Source: the human T2T-CHM13v2.0 reference genome, Homo sapiens. Taken from it: DNA of 64,000 nt. Positions 12,338 to 25,586 of this stretch are shown piece by piece. Both the position numbers and the translations under genes were made by a program. The first letter of the stretch is position 1, and each line of letters begins with the position of its first letter. The DNA lies in assembly GCF_009914755.1 (NCBI RefSeq), contig NC_060926.1. One strand, given 5' to 3'. The notes under the pieces were generated by a model that saw nothing but the letters and a program-made list of their open reading frames with translations, did no database searches and was not told where the DNA came from.

Positions 12338-15300
12338 ATTTTTTTTTTATTTCAATAGGTTTTTGGGGAATGGGTGGTGTTTGGTTACATGAATAAGTTC
12401 TTTAGTGGTGATTTCTGAGATTTGGGTGCACCCATCACCCAAGCCATGTACCCCATACCCAATGTGTAGTGTTTTATCCCTCACCCCCCTCCCACCCTTT
12501 CCCTCAGGTCACCAAAGTCCATTGTATCATTCTTATGCCTTTGCATCCTCATAGCTGAGCTCCCACTGATGAGTGAAAACAAACGATATTTGGTTTTCCA
12601 TTTCTGGGTTACTTCACTTAGAATAATGGTCTCCAATTCCATCCAGATTGCTGCAAATGCCATTATTTCGTTCTTTTTTGTGACTGAATAGTATTCCATA
12701 ATATATACACATATATACAACATTTTCTTTATCCACTCATTGATTGAGGGCATTTGGGCTGGTTCCATATTTTTGCAATTGCAAATTATGCTGTTATAAA
12801 CATGCATGTACAAGTATCTTTTTCATATAATAACTTCTTTTCCTCTGGGTAGATACCCAGGAGTGGGATTGCTGGATCAAACTGTGGTTCTTTAAGGAAT
12901 TTTAGTTCTTTAAGGTATTTTCACACTGTTTTCCATGGTGGTTGTACTAGTTTACATTCCTGCCAACAGTGTAAAACTGTTCCCTTTTTACCACATCCAT
13001 GCCAACACCTATTATTTTTTTATTTTTTGATTATGGCCATTCTTGCAGAAGTAAGGTGGTATCTCATTGTGGTTTTGATTTGCATTTCCCTGATCATTGT
13101 GATGTTGAGCATTTTTTTCATATGTTTGTTGGCTATTTGTACATCTTCTTTTGAGAATTGTCTATTCATTTCCTTAGCCCACTTTTTGATGGGATTTTTT
13201 TTTCTTGCTGATTTGTTTGAGTTTGTTGTAGATTCTGGATATTAGTCCTTTGTCAGATGCATAGTTTGCAAAGATTTTCTCCCACCTGTGGGTTGGCTGT
13301 TTACTCTGCTTACTATTTCTTTTACTGTGCAGAAGCTTTTTAGTTTCATTAAGTCCCATCTATTTATCTTTGTTTTTGTTGCTTTTGCTTTTGGGTTCTT
13401 GGTCATTAAGTCTTTGCCTAAGTAAATGTCTAGAAGGGTTTTCCCAATGTTATCTTCTAGAAATCTTATAGTTTCAGTTCTTAGATTTAAGTCTTTGATC
13501 CATCTTTAGTTGATTTTTGTATAAGGTGAGAGATGAGGATCTGATTTCATTCTCCTACATGTGACTTGCCAATTATCCCAGCATCATTTGTTGAATAGAA
13601 TATCCTTTCCCCACTTTATATTTTTGTTTTGTGGAAGATCAGTTGACTGTAAGCATTTGGCTTCATTTTTGGGTTCTCTGTTCTGATCCACTGGTCTATG
13701 TGTCTTTTTTTTTGTACCAGTACCGTGCTGTTTTAGTGATTTTGCTGAATTCATTTGCCAGTTCTAGGAGCTTTTTGGATGAGTCTTCAGGGTTTTCTAG
13801 GTATATGATCGTGTCATCAGCAAACAGCAACAGTGTGACTTCTTTTTTTCCGATTTGGATGCCCTTTATTTCTTTCTCTTGTCTAAGCTCTGGCTAAGAC
13901 TTCTTGTGCTATGTTGAATAGAAGTGGTAAAAGTAGGCATCCTTGTCTTGTTCCAGTTCTCAGGGGAAATGCTTTCAACTTTTCCCCTTCCAGTATAATG
14001 TTGGCTGTGGGTTTGTCATAGACATATTTTATTATCTTAAGGTATGTAGCTTTTATGCTGATTTTGCTGTAGGTTTTAATCCTAAAGGAATGCTGGATTT
14101 TGTCAAATGCTTTTTCTGTGTCTATTGAGATGATCATGTGATTTTTGTTTTTAATTCTGTTTATGTGGTGTATCACATCTATTGACTTGTGGATGTTAAA
14201 CCATCCCTGCATCTGTGGTATAAAATCCACTTGATCACAGTAAATTATCTTTTTGATATGCTGTTGGATTCAGTTAGCTAGTATTTTGTTGAGGATTTTT
14301 GCATCTATGTTCATCAGGGATATTGATCTGTTGTTTTCTTTTTTTGCTATGTCATTTCCTGCTTTTGGTACTAGGGTGACACTGGCTTCATAAAATGATT
14401 TAGGGAGGATTCTCTCTTTCTTTATCTTTTGGAATAATGTCAGTAGGATCGATACCAATTCTTTGAATGTCTGATGTAATTCAGCTATGAATCCGTCTGG
14501 TCCTGGACTGTTTTTTGTTAGTAACTTTTTAATTACCATTTCAATCTTGCTGCTTGTTATTGGTCTATTCAGAGTTTCTATTTCCTCCTGGTTAAATCTA
14601 AGAGGGTTGTATATTTCCAGGAATTTATCCATCTCCTCTAGGTTTTCTAGTTTATGCATGTAAAGGTGTTTATAGTAGCCTTGAGTGATCTTTTGTATTT
14701 CTGTGGTATCGATTGTAACATCTCCCATTTCATTGCTAATTGAGCTTGTTAGGATCTTCTCTCTTCTTTTCTTGGTTAATCTCACTAATGGCCTGTCAAT
14801 TTTATTTGTCTTTTCAAAGAACCAGCTTTTTGTTTCATTTACCTTTTGTATTTTTTTTTTTCAATATCATTTAGTTCTGTTCTGATCTTGGTTATATCTT
14901 TTCTTCTGCTGGTTTGGGTTTGGTTTGTTTTTGTTTCTCTAGCTCCTTGAGGCATGACCTTAGAATGCCTATTTGTGCTCTTTCAGACTTTTTGATGTAG
15001 GCCTTTAGTGCTATGAGCTTTCCTTTGAGTGCTGCAGTTGTGTCACTATTATTCAGTTCAAAGAATATTTTAATTTCCATCTTGATTTCATGGTTGATTC
15101 AATGATCATTTGGGAGCAGGTTATTTAATTTCCATACATTTGCATGGTTTTGAGGGTTCCTTTTCGAGTTGATTTTCAGTTTTATTCCACTGTGGTCTGA
15201 GATACTACTTGCTATAATTTTGATTTTCTTAAATTAGTTGAGACTTGTTTTGTGGCCTATCATATGGTCTATCTTGGAAAATGTTCCATGTGCTGATGAA

Positions 15301-18008
15301 TAGAATGTATATTCTGCAGTTGTTGGGTAGAATGTTCCATAAATATCTGTTAAGTCCATTTCTTCTAGGATATAGTTTAAGTCCATTGTTTCTTTGTTGA
15401 CTTTATGTCTTGATGATCTGTGTAGTGCTGTCAATGGAGTATTGAAGACCCCCACTATTATTTTGTTGCTATCTATCTCATCTCTTAGGTCTAGTAATAA
15501 TTGTTTTATAAATTTGGGAGTTCCAGTGTTAGGTGCATGTATGTTTAGGATTGTGATATTTTTCTGTTGGACTAGTCCTTTTTATCATTATATAATGTCC
15601 TTCTTTGTCTTTTTAATTACTGTTGCTTTAATGTTTGTTTTGTCTGATACAAGAAGAGCTACTCTTGCTTGCTTTTGGTGTCTATTTGCCTGGAATATCT
15701 TTTTCCACCCCTTTACTTTAAGTTTATGTCAGCCTGATGTGTCAGGTGAGTCTCTTGAAGACAGCAGATGCTTGGTTGGTGAATTCTTATTCATTCTGCC
15801 ATTCTGTATCTTTTAAGTGGAGCATTTAGGCCATTTACATTCAATGTTAGTATTGAGATGTGAGGTACTATTCTATTCGTTTTGCTATTTGTTGCCTCAA
15901 TACCTGTTTTTTTTTTTCCTCCATTCTGTTGTTGTTTTATAGGTCCTGTGAGATTTATGCTTTAAGGAGATTCTATTTTGGTGTATTTCAAGAATTTGTT
16001 TCATGACTTAGAGCTCCTTTTATCAGTTCTCATACTGCTGGTGTGGTAGTGGCGAATTCTCTCAGCATTTGTTTGTCTGAAAAAGACTGTATCTTTCCTT
16101 CATTTATGAAGCTTAGTTCTGCTGGATACAAAATTCTTGGTTGATAATTGTTTTGTTTAAGGAGGCTAGAGATAGGACCCCAATCCTTTCTATAATAGCT
16201 TGTAGGGTTTCTCCTAAGAAATCTGCTGTTATTCTGATATGGTTTCTTTTGCAGGTTACCTGATACTTTTGCTTCACAGCTCTTAAGATTCTTTCTTTCA
16301 TCTTGACTCTAGATAACCTGATGACTACGTGCCTAGATAATGATCTTTTTGTGATGAGGTTCCCAGGTGTTATTTGAGCTTCCTATATTTGGATGTCTAG
16401 GTCTCTAGCAAGGCTGGGGAAGTTTTCCTTGATTATTCCCTCAAATATGTTTTCCAAACATTTAGATTTCTCTTCTCCCTCAGGAACACCAATTATTCTT
16501 AGGTTTGGTTGTTTAATATAATCCCAAACTTCTTGGAGACTGTGTTCATTTAAAAAATTTTTTGTCTTTGTCTTTGTTGGATTGGGTTAATTTAAATGTC
16601 TTGCCTTCAAGCTCTGAAGTTCTTTCTTCTACTTGTTCAATTCTATTGCCAAGACTTTCCAGTGCATTTTGCAATCCTCTGTGTCTTTCATTTCCAGAAG
16701 TTGTGATTGTTTTTTTATTTATGCTATCTATTTCACTGGAGAATTTTTCATTCATATCCTGTATCTTTTTTTAAAAAAATTTATTTAAGTTGGACTTCAC
16801 CTTTCTCTGGTGCCTCCTTGATTGGCTTAATAGTCGACTTTCTGAATTCTTTTTTTGGTGATTCAGAGATTTCATCTTGGTTTGGATCCGTTGCTTGGTG
16901 AGGTAGTGTGATCTTTTGGAGCTGTTAAAGAACCTTGCTTTGTCATATTACCGGAATTGTTTTTCTGGTTCCTTCTCATTTGGGTAGACTATGTCAGAGG
17001 GAAGATCTGGGACTCAAGGGCTACTGTACAGATTCTTTTGTCCTACAGGGTATTCTCTTGAGGTGGTGCTCTCCCCTTTTGCCTAGGGATGGGGCTTCCT
17101 GAGAGCTGAACTGAAGTGATTGTTATTTCACTTCTGGGTCTAGCCTCCCAGTGAAGTTACTGGGCTCTGGCTTGGTACTGCGGAGTGTCTGCAAAGAGCC
17201 CTGTGATGTGATCTGTCTTCAGGTCTCTCAGCCATGGATACCAGCACCTGCTCCAGTGGAGGTAGCAGGGGGCTGAAGTGGGCTCTGTGAGGGGTCCTTG
17301 GTTGTATTTTTGTTAAGTGTGCTGGTTGTGTGTTGGTTGGCCTCCGTCAAGGAGGTGGTGCTTTCAAGAGCACATCAGCTGTGGTAGTATAGGGAAGATC
17401 AGGTGGTGGATGGAGCCATAGAGAGCCCAAGATATTATGTCCTTTTTCTATGGCTACCAGGGCTGGTAGAGAAAGACCATCACGTGGGGGCAGAGTTAGG
17501 CATGTCTGAGCTCAGACTCTTCTTGGGCGGGGTTTGCTGTGGCTTCTGTGGGGGACAGGGGTGTGGTTCCCAGGCCAATGGAGTTATGTTCCCAGGGGCC
17601 ATCTCTGTTGTATCACACAGGCTGCCATGGAGGTGGGTGAATGCCAGCAGCCAAGCCTCACCCAGCTTTTACACAGCCCACAGCTTGAAAGGCTAGTCTC
17701 ACTCACGCTGTGCCTCACAAAAGCACTGAGTTTATTTCTAGGCAGCTGGTGAGCAGGGCTGAGAACTTGCCCCAGGCTACAAGCCTCCCGCTGAGAAAGC
17801 AAGCAGACTCACAGTTCCTCAGATGTTCCATGGAGCCTGCAGCAGCAATCCACCTCCTTTAAAGAGTCTGTGGATTCTCTCGGCTTTCTTGGTATGTTTT
17901 TGCAGTAGTTCTTGGAGCAAAAGTTCACAATGTGGGTCTCCACATGCTGTTCTGTTCATCCGAGTGGGAGCTGCAAGTTAATCCTGCCTCCTGTCTGCCA
18001 TTTTTTTT
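12338..18008 (-). mobile_element. Near full-length LINE-1, L1PB1-type (L1PBa 5' end), inactive
   Basis: L1PB1-type 3' end TTTCAATAGGTTTTTGGGGAA...GGTTACATGAATAAGTTCTTTAGTGG. ORF2 fragments (e.g. 13883-14230 RT; 14270-14785 SPGPDGF; 15234-15455 EN with FSKIDH). ORF1 start near 16979. 5'UTR runs to ~18000. Many stops and frameshifts. Confidence 0.95.
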
Positions 18009-19119
18009 TATCTCCTCCGCTTCTGTCTTCCTCCTTCCATCCGTGTGGTGTTTCTACAAAATCTTGATAGTGCTGGTGTGAAAAAGCCAACTTATTTCAG
18101 AAATTTATAGACATTTGTGTGAAGGATAAAGTGTTTCATTTCTGTCCTCTTCATGTCCCAGGGCCCACATTTGTTTTTTATGTCTTTTGTCATTCTCTAC
18201 ATTTTGGGAGAAAATGGAGGGAAAGAAGGATATGCAGAGGAGAGTAAGCCACATGACCAGATGAGTGGACATCAGTGTCAGAGAACAGCAACTGCTGAGC
18301 TCAGAGAGAGCGTGCTGTCAGGAAACATCTTTCCTTTAGATGGAGCTTTTGTGTTCTTGTGTGGATTTTTTGGTTAAGCATGGGTTCCCAGGCTCTCTAA
18401 GAGTTTTGCAGATTGGCATTTGGTACCTAGAACAAGATTCTAAAAATGGTTTAAACTGATCCTGTGCAGCTAGGCGACATTGTCTCTACCTTCAGTCCTT
18501 CTATGCAGGTCTCTAGACTTTACAGGGTTATATAAATAATTAGAATACCTAAAACAATTATTGGGTGTTTTAGAATCTATGAGGGTAAATATGAAAATGA
18601 ATCTCTGCTTGCTGAACTTAGCTTAAGTTCTGAAGTTCCATAGTTATGCCCAACAGCTATCATGAGAAGAAGATGGATGAAGAGATATTTCTTCATAGAG
18701 CCAAATTGGCTGGCAAAGATTACTTATAGGCCTCTGTCAACTTCTCCACCCCTGTCTTGCAACATACAGCTCAATGTTTCCAGATGTACCAAGTTTCATG
18801 GTTTCTTATTTTCCACACCCTTGGGATGCCTCCTGCTGAACCTGGAACTCTCTCTTGCTATGTCAGGTCCAAGAGAAACATATCAAAAGTGGAGTGATGG
18901 TGTGGGATTGGTGGCATGTATTAAGTATCTTTGCCACGTCTATCATGATATTGTTTTAAAAGATGAGAGTCATGAAGGTCCCATGAACACATTTTGAGCT
19001 GGTAATTTTTGAACTCCCATGACTCAAACCATATCTGTTTGTTTTTGTTTAATTTTCCAAGTTTTATATAGAGTTCCCATAAATAAAACATTGTGCTTTG
19101 AGAATGCGAGGGCATGAAA

Positions 19120-19620
19120 ACAAATATAGTTTAGCCAACAGCAATACCTCATATTCTGGTGTTTGGAGCTGTTTCTCAGGCACCCTGAATTTTATAGTAA
19201 AAAATTATTCTGGGGCTCCAAATATGTTAGTAACATGGAAATTTATATATACATATACATATATACATATATATATATAAAATAAAATGATAAATGCATT
19301 TTTGTGCAAAATCTTGTTTTATGCCATAATCAGCAAGAACATGGGACTCTCACCAGTATTGATAGCATGTGACTGCAGTTGAGTGCCCTCTGCACTGGCT
19401 GTGGCAAAGTTCTCAGTTTATATCCTGATTTATCTGTAGGATGGAAGTAAGCTTGAGAGCTAGTTTTTCTCATCAGTGACATATATTGACGACAATGTGC
19501 CCATGACCTATATCCACAAACTTACTATGTTTAGACATATTTGTGGGTTGATGACCAGCAACACTTTTTAAAGGGTCTCATTCTTTCCCTGGAATATTTT
19601 CAGGATGACCATATATAAAT
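19120..19620 (+). mobile_element. Possible highly degenerate ERVL/Gypsy-type pol (RT) remnant
   Basis: YIDD (TATATTGACGAC, 19482-19493) plus weak upstream and downstream RT-like motifs in the expected order. Frameshifted. Confidence 0.3.
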
Positions 19621-20134
19621 ATACAAGTATTCCCATGTATTTTGATTTTCAGGGCCATTAATTCTTAGCAACACTATAGTCCCTACCTAAGTACTGATTC
19701 AATTGTAGACATGAGTGAGAGTTTTGGTTGCCTAGGTAAGGTGCTATAATTGATAAAATATTGAAGATACGTTTTTGAAAGGATGGGAAAGGTAAAGGAT
19801 GAGTAAATATAGTAAAAGAAAAATAGGGCTCCTAATTATTAGAATGAAAGCTTAGGTAGGTAAAGTGTGATGATCTGAGAAAACATGTCATCTCTCAAAT
19901 ATGGGAAGAAGTCTTAGACATCAAACAATCTCAAACAATCTCAAATCATCCACTAAGTGAAATTTAGGAAAAATTTTTTTTAATCAAAAAGTGGGCTTGA
20001 CAGATTTTTTGATAGATCCATAATGTGGGAAATTTATCAGGCAAAAAAAAAATTTGGACTAAATTAGAGGTGGGATAATCAGAGGAAAGTATAATTAAAT
20101 TAGTCAATTAATTGAACAGTAGTCAGTGAGATAG

Positions 20135-20475
20135 TGTATCAGCTAATTTTGGCTAGGTAACAAATGACTTCAAAACTTAGTAGTTAAAATAATAGTCATT
20201 GTATTCAGCTCACAATTATGTAGGTTAGACAGGTGGTTCTTCGGCCACTCTCTGGAGGGCTCTTTCATTCAGTGGATAGTTGGCAGGTCTGTTGGTGGCT
20301 GGGGGCAGCTGATGCATGATGTAGGATGGCCTCACTTAAGAGTCTGGTGTTTGGCAGGGTGTTGGCCAGGGGTTAGCTAATTATTAGCTGAGGTTTTTTA
20401 TTTATTCACCATCTGTTTTTTCACTTATCAAGATAGCTTAGCTTCATTCGCATGCCAGTCTTAAGATTCCAAGTT
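20135..20475 (-). mobile_element. MLT1F/G/H-type MaLR LTR fragment
   Basis: TAACAAATGACTTCAAAACTTAGTAGTTAAAA...GCTCACAATT...GGATGGCCTCACT...GTCTGG. Confidence 0.7.
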
Positions 20476-20477
20476 GG

Positions 20478-23400
20478 AAACCCAACTATATCAATAATTA
20501 TGGTAATTGTAAATGGGCCAAATATTACAATTAAATTGCAGAGATTGTCAGACTGAATAAAAATGTAAGACTTAATTACATGTTGCCTGCAAGAGACTTT
20601 AAATATAAAGAAACATAAGTTGAAAGTAAAATGATGAAAAAAAAATACCAGGCAATCAATATAAGAAAGTTAAATTGGCTATATTAGTACCAGACAATGT
20701 AGACTTAAATGCAGGAATTATTACAAGAAATAAAAAGGAGTGTTTAATGGTTATAAAAACTTCAAGTTTGTAGGAAGACCAAATAATCATTAGTGATGTA
20801 GGTAGCTAAATATAGTGCCTCAAAATAAATGAAAGAAACATGATAGAATGAATAGGAGAAAAAGCCAAATACAAAATTATGGTGAAGATTTTTAACATCG
20901 TTTCTCAGAAATTGATACAACTGCCCCCAAATCTAGAAAACACCCAAATTCTTGGAAATTAAATAAACACATTTTTAATAACTCACGGGAAAAGGATGAA
21001 AGCCCTAGAAACATTTTTACAAATATTTGAACTCTATGAAAATAAACATAGCAATACCAGTGTTTATAAGAAAATCCAGAGCTTTTAATGCTGATATTAG
21101 AAAATAACAATAAATGTATTCTATATTTCCACCTAAGGAACTAGAAAAAGAAAAAAATTAAACCCAAATAAATAGAATAAGATAAATAATAAAGAGCTGA
21201 AATAAGTAAAATAGAGAAATGTAAACAATAAAGACAATTATAAATACTGTAAGTTGGTTCTTTGAACAGAAAAAAAAATACAAGCCTCTAGAAATACCAA
21301 TCAAGAAAAATGGGAAAATGCAAACTTACTATCATCAGAAATAAAAAAGCAGATCTCACTGCAATTTCTACAAAAATTTAGAAATATTATGAGGGAATAT
21401 TATGAACAAAATTATTCCAGTAAATTTGATAACTTGGAGAAAATGGAGAAATTCCTTGACATACAACTTAATAAAAATGGCACAAAAATATGTTAAAAAT
21501 TTGAATAACCATATGTCTAGTAAAAAATTTGAACCTTTGTATTAAAGGATATTGAAGCTTATAAAAACAACCTTGCCATAAAGATGCTTTGAGTCTAGGT
21601 GGCGCTATCTAGAATAATGCTGGAAGGAATAACAGAAACTTAAACTCTGACAGAGTAGAGGACAGTAGAGGACACGTTGCAGTACATTCTGTGAGCCCAC
21701 GCAGCCCTGATACCAAACATGACAAAGGCATTATTCTCCAGGAACATAATCTCAAAAGCCTTGTAACAAAATACTGGCAAATAAAAGGATAAAAGATCAT
21801 TATCAAGTGGGATATATCCCAGGAATACAAGGTTGATTTAATATTTGAAAATCTATCAGTAAAAATCAGTATGTTAACAGAATAAAGAAGAAAAATGATA
21901 CGATCATTGTAATATATGTAGAAAATATTTGATGACATTAAACATGCATTCATGTTAAAGAAAACTTTCAGCAAGAGTAAACATAGAATAAAAGGAAACA
22001 TCCTTAATCTGTTAATGGGCATCTATGAAAAACCTACAGCTCATTTAATGGTGAAATGCTGAAGGCTTTCCTCCTACAGTCAGGAATGAGACAAAGATAT
22101 TCTTTCTGATTATGTCAAGTCAACATTGAACCAGAGCTTTTAGTCAGTGCAATCACACAGGAAAAAGAAATAAAAAGGTATATAGATTGAGAAGAAAGAA
22201 GCAAAACTGTCTTTGCTCACAGTGTCACAATTATTTATGCAAAAAATTCTAAGGAATATACAAAATAACTATGAGAATTAGTAAGTGAATTTAGCAAGGC
22301 TATAAGACACAAAATAAATATAAAAATTGATGCTTCCATATGATAGCATCAATCTTGTGGAAAATGAGATTAAATGTTATTTCTAATAGAATGAAAAAAC
22401 AAAGTATTTAGGAGCATATTTTATAAAAATGAGCAAAACATATATAGCGAAATTAAAGGAGACCTAAGCAAATGGAGATATAACTATTTTCATTAATTTA
22501 GACATTCAATCTTGTTAAGAATTCAGATATCCACAAATAGATTTTTAGATTCAATGCAACCCCAATCAAAATCTCAACAGTATGCTTTTGAAAAAAATTA
22601 CAAGCTAAATCTAAAATTTATGTGGAATGCAAAGGACTCAGAATAACCCAAATACTTCTGATAAGGAAGAACAAAACAGCAGGACACAATCTACCTAATT
22701 TCAATACTTACTATAGAACTCCAGCAATAAAGACAGTGTACACCAGTTAGAATGGCAATCATTAAAAAGTCAGGAAACAACAGGTGCTGGAGAGGATATG
22801 GAGAAATAGGAACACTTTTACACTGTTGGTGGGACTATAAACTAGTTCAAACATTGTGGAAGTCAGTGTGGCGATTCCTCAGGGATCTAGAACTAGAAAT
22901 ACCATTTGACCCAGCCATCCCATTACTGGGTATATACCCAAAGGACTATAAATCATGCTGCTATAAAGACACATGCACACGTATGTTTATTGCGGCATTA
23001 TTCACAATAGCAAAGACTTGGAACGAACCCAAATGTCCAACAATGATAGACTGGATTAACAAAATGTGGCACATATACACCATGAAATACTATGCAGCTA
23101 TAAAAAATGATGAGTTCATGTCCTTTGTAGGGACATGGATGAAATTGGAAATCATCATTCTCAGTAAACTATCACAAGAACAAAAAACCAAACACCGCAT
23201 ATTCTCACTCATAGGTGGGAACTGAACAATGAGAACACATGGACACAGGAAGGGGAACATCACACTCTGGGGACTGTTGTGGGGTGGGGGGATGGGGGAG
23301 GGGGGAGGGATGGCAATGGGAGATATACGTAATGCTAGATGACGAGTCAGTGGGTGCAGCGCACCAGCAAGGCACATGTATACATATGTAACTAACCTGC

Positions 23401-24693
23401 ACATTGTGCACATGTACCCTAAAACTTAAAGTACAATAATAATAAATTAAAAAAAAAGACAGTGTGATATTAGTACACACATGGACCATTCCATCAATGA
23501 AACAAGCAGAAGCACTGAATAGACACCCACATGGGAGGTAAATTTAATTCTGACAAAAGTTCTAGAGAAGTTAAATGGAGAAAGGAATATTTTCTTTTAG
23601 ACGGTGCTGGAGTAACTGAAAGAAAACGTGGAGAAAAAGCAACCTGTATCCCTACTTCTCACTACACATGTAAATTATGGTTCATAGATTAATACAAAAT
23701 ATAAGCTATCACTATTAAGCTTCTAAAAGAAAACATAGGAGAATATTCTGGCAACCTTGGAGTAGGCAAAAGATTCTTACAGAGAACGAAATGAGGCATT
23801 TACCTAAGGAACAAATTGAAAAATTAAGCTGTATCAAAGTTAAAAATTCTTCTATTTAAAACAGATCATTAAGACAACACAAAAGCAAAACAGGCTTAGA
23901 GAAAATATTCATAATACACATATCATGCAAAACATTTCTGTAAAGAACATATAGAGCTCCAACAAACAAAAATAAATAAATACAAATGACTCAATGACTT
24001 ATACATATATTCCACTAAAGAATATATTTGTGTTCAATAAAAACATTAAAATATCAAAAATATTAGATATGAGGGTAATGTAATTAATGTCAGCTGATAG
24101 CACTTTGCATAGTGTATACCATTTGCTAAGATTAAAAATTCAACCACACTGATTGTTGAGGTGGTTGCAAAGCACCTTAAACACTCACAGATGCTCAGGA
24201 AGGGCCATAGAACTTGCAAGCACTTTGGAAACGGGCATTTTCTCATTAAGGTAAAAATACACCTGCTCTATGACTCTTTTACTGCACTGATATTTACCCC
24301 AAAAGTATAAAAATAACCATCCACAAAAATACTTGTACAAGAATGTTTGTAGTAGCTTTACTCATAATTGCCAAAGACTTAACCAATCCAAGTACCCATC
24401 AATCTGAAAACAGATTTTAAAAAGATGATACAATCATACATACAGCAAAATACTACTGAGCAATATAAAGGAATTGCACACAACAACACAATCTGAAAAA
24501 TATGGTCGGGAAAAAAAACCCAGGCATAAGAGTAAGTATTGCATGATTCTCTTGATAGGAAGTTTAAGAACAGACACTGTCTTGACAGGAACCAGAGCCT
24601 CAGTGTCTGCAGGAGTTGCTGGCTGTTTCCTGATGCAGTTGGAGCAGAATGGGATGTCCTGGGACAACAGAGATGTTTACCCATCTTGACTAG
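20478..24693 (+). mobile_element. Old LINE-1 (L1ME1-like) ORF2 and 3'UTR, interrupted by L1PA; its 3' end continues at 25167-28230
   Basis: Degenerate A-rich ORF2 from the EN start through RT, and L1ME-type 3'UTR (GAGTAAGTATTGCATGATTC...AAGAACAG). Confidence 0.8.
22740..23454 (+). mobile_element. Young 5'-truncated L1PA2/L1PA3 insertion
   Basis: Open ORF2 C-terminus (22752-23225, ending TKHRIFSLIGGN*), 3'UTR GATGACGAG...GTGCAGCGCACCAGC, polyA. TSD AAAGACAGTGT at 22729-22739 and 23455-23465. Confidence 0.95.
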
Positions 24694-25166
24694 TGTGGTC
24701 ATCTGAAGAATGGCCTCCAAAGACATCCTGAGAACCTGGGAATGTTGCATGGATGAAGGAATTTGCAAAAGTGATTAAGTTAAGGAGCTTGAAATTTGTG
24801 GATCATGCTGGGTTACCCCAGTGAGCTCTAAATGTAATCACATGTGTCTTTATGAAAGGGAGGCAGAGGGAGATTTGCAGACAGATGAGGAGGAAGATGA
24901 GAAAACAATGGACACAAGAAAGAAAAGGTGATGCAGTTCAGGGACCCAAGCCAATAAATGAGGTGACCTCCAGATGCTGGAGAAGGGAAGGAAGCAGATG
25001 GACTCTAGAGCCCCCAAAAGAAGCAGGGCTCTGCCATCACCTTGATTTTGTCCCAATGAAACCCATTGGTCATTTAGCTGCCAGAACTGTGTAAGCATAA
25101 ATGTGTGTTCGTTTAAGCCATGAAATTTGCAGTAATTTGTTAAAGCTGCCATGGGAAACTAACACA
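24694..25166 (+). mobile_element. MLT1D-type solo LTR
   Basis: TG...GTGATTAAGTTAAGG...AATGTAATCACA...GGAAACTAACACA, with near-TSD ACTAG/ACTGG. Confidence 0.85.
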
Positions 25167-25173
25167 ACTGGAG

Positions 25174-25586
25174 TGGTAGTTCCGTGAATGCATGCATTCA
25201 CCAAACCTTAACATGTACTCTTCGGATACTGGCATGATAGGTCCATGAATGCATATGTTCACCCACACACTAATATATACCCTTCAAATACTGGTATGAT
25301 AGTTCTATGAATGCATGTGTTCACCACACACTAACATGTACCCTTCAGATACGGGCATGGTAGTGCCCTGAATACACGTGTTCACCAAACCCCAACATGT
25401 ACCCTTCAGATACTGGCATGATAGTTCCATGAATCCATGTGTTCACCAAATCCCAACATGTACTCTTCAGATATGGACATGGTAGTTCCATGAATGCATG
25501 TTTTCACCAAAAACCAACATGTACCCTTCAGATACTGGTATGATAGTTCCATGAATGCATATGTTCACCAAACTAAAATATGTACC
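25174..25586. repeat. 61-bp minisatellite, left block (6 full units + 1 partial)
   Basis: TG(A/G)TAGTTCCATGAATGCATGTGTTCACCAAA...ACATGTACCCTTCAGATACTGGCA at 25174, 25235, 25297, 25358, 25419, 25480 and 25541. Confidence 0.95.

Noticed and set aside
22752-23225. 157-aa open frame as a gene
   Set aside because: It is the L1 ORF2 C-terminus of a 5'-truncated insertion with no promoter.
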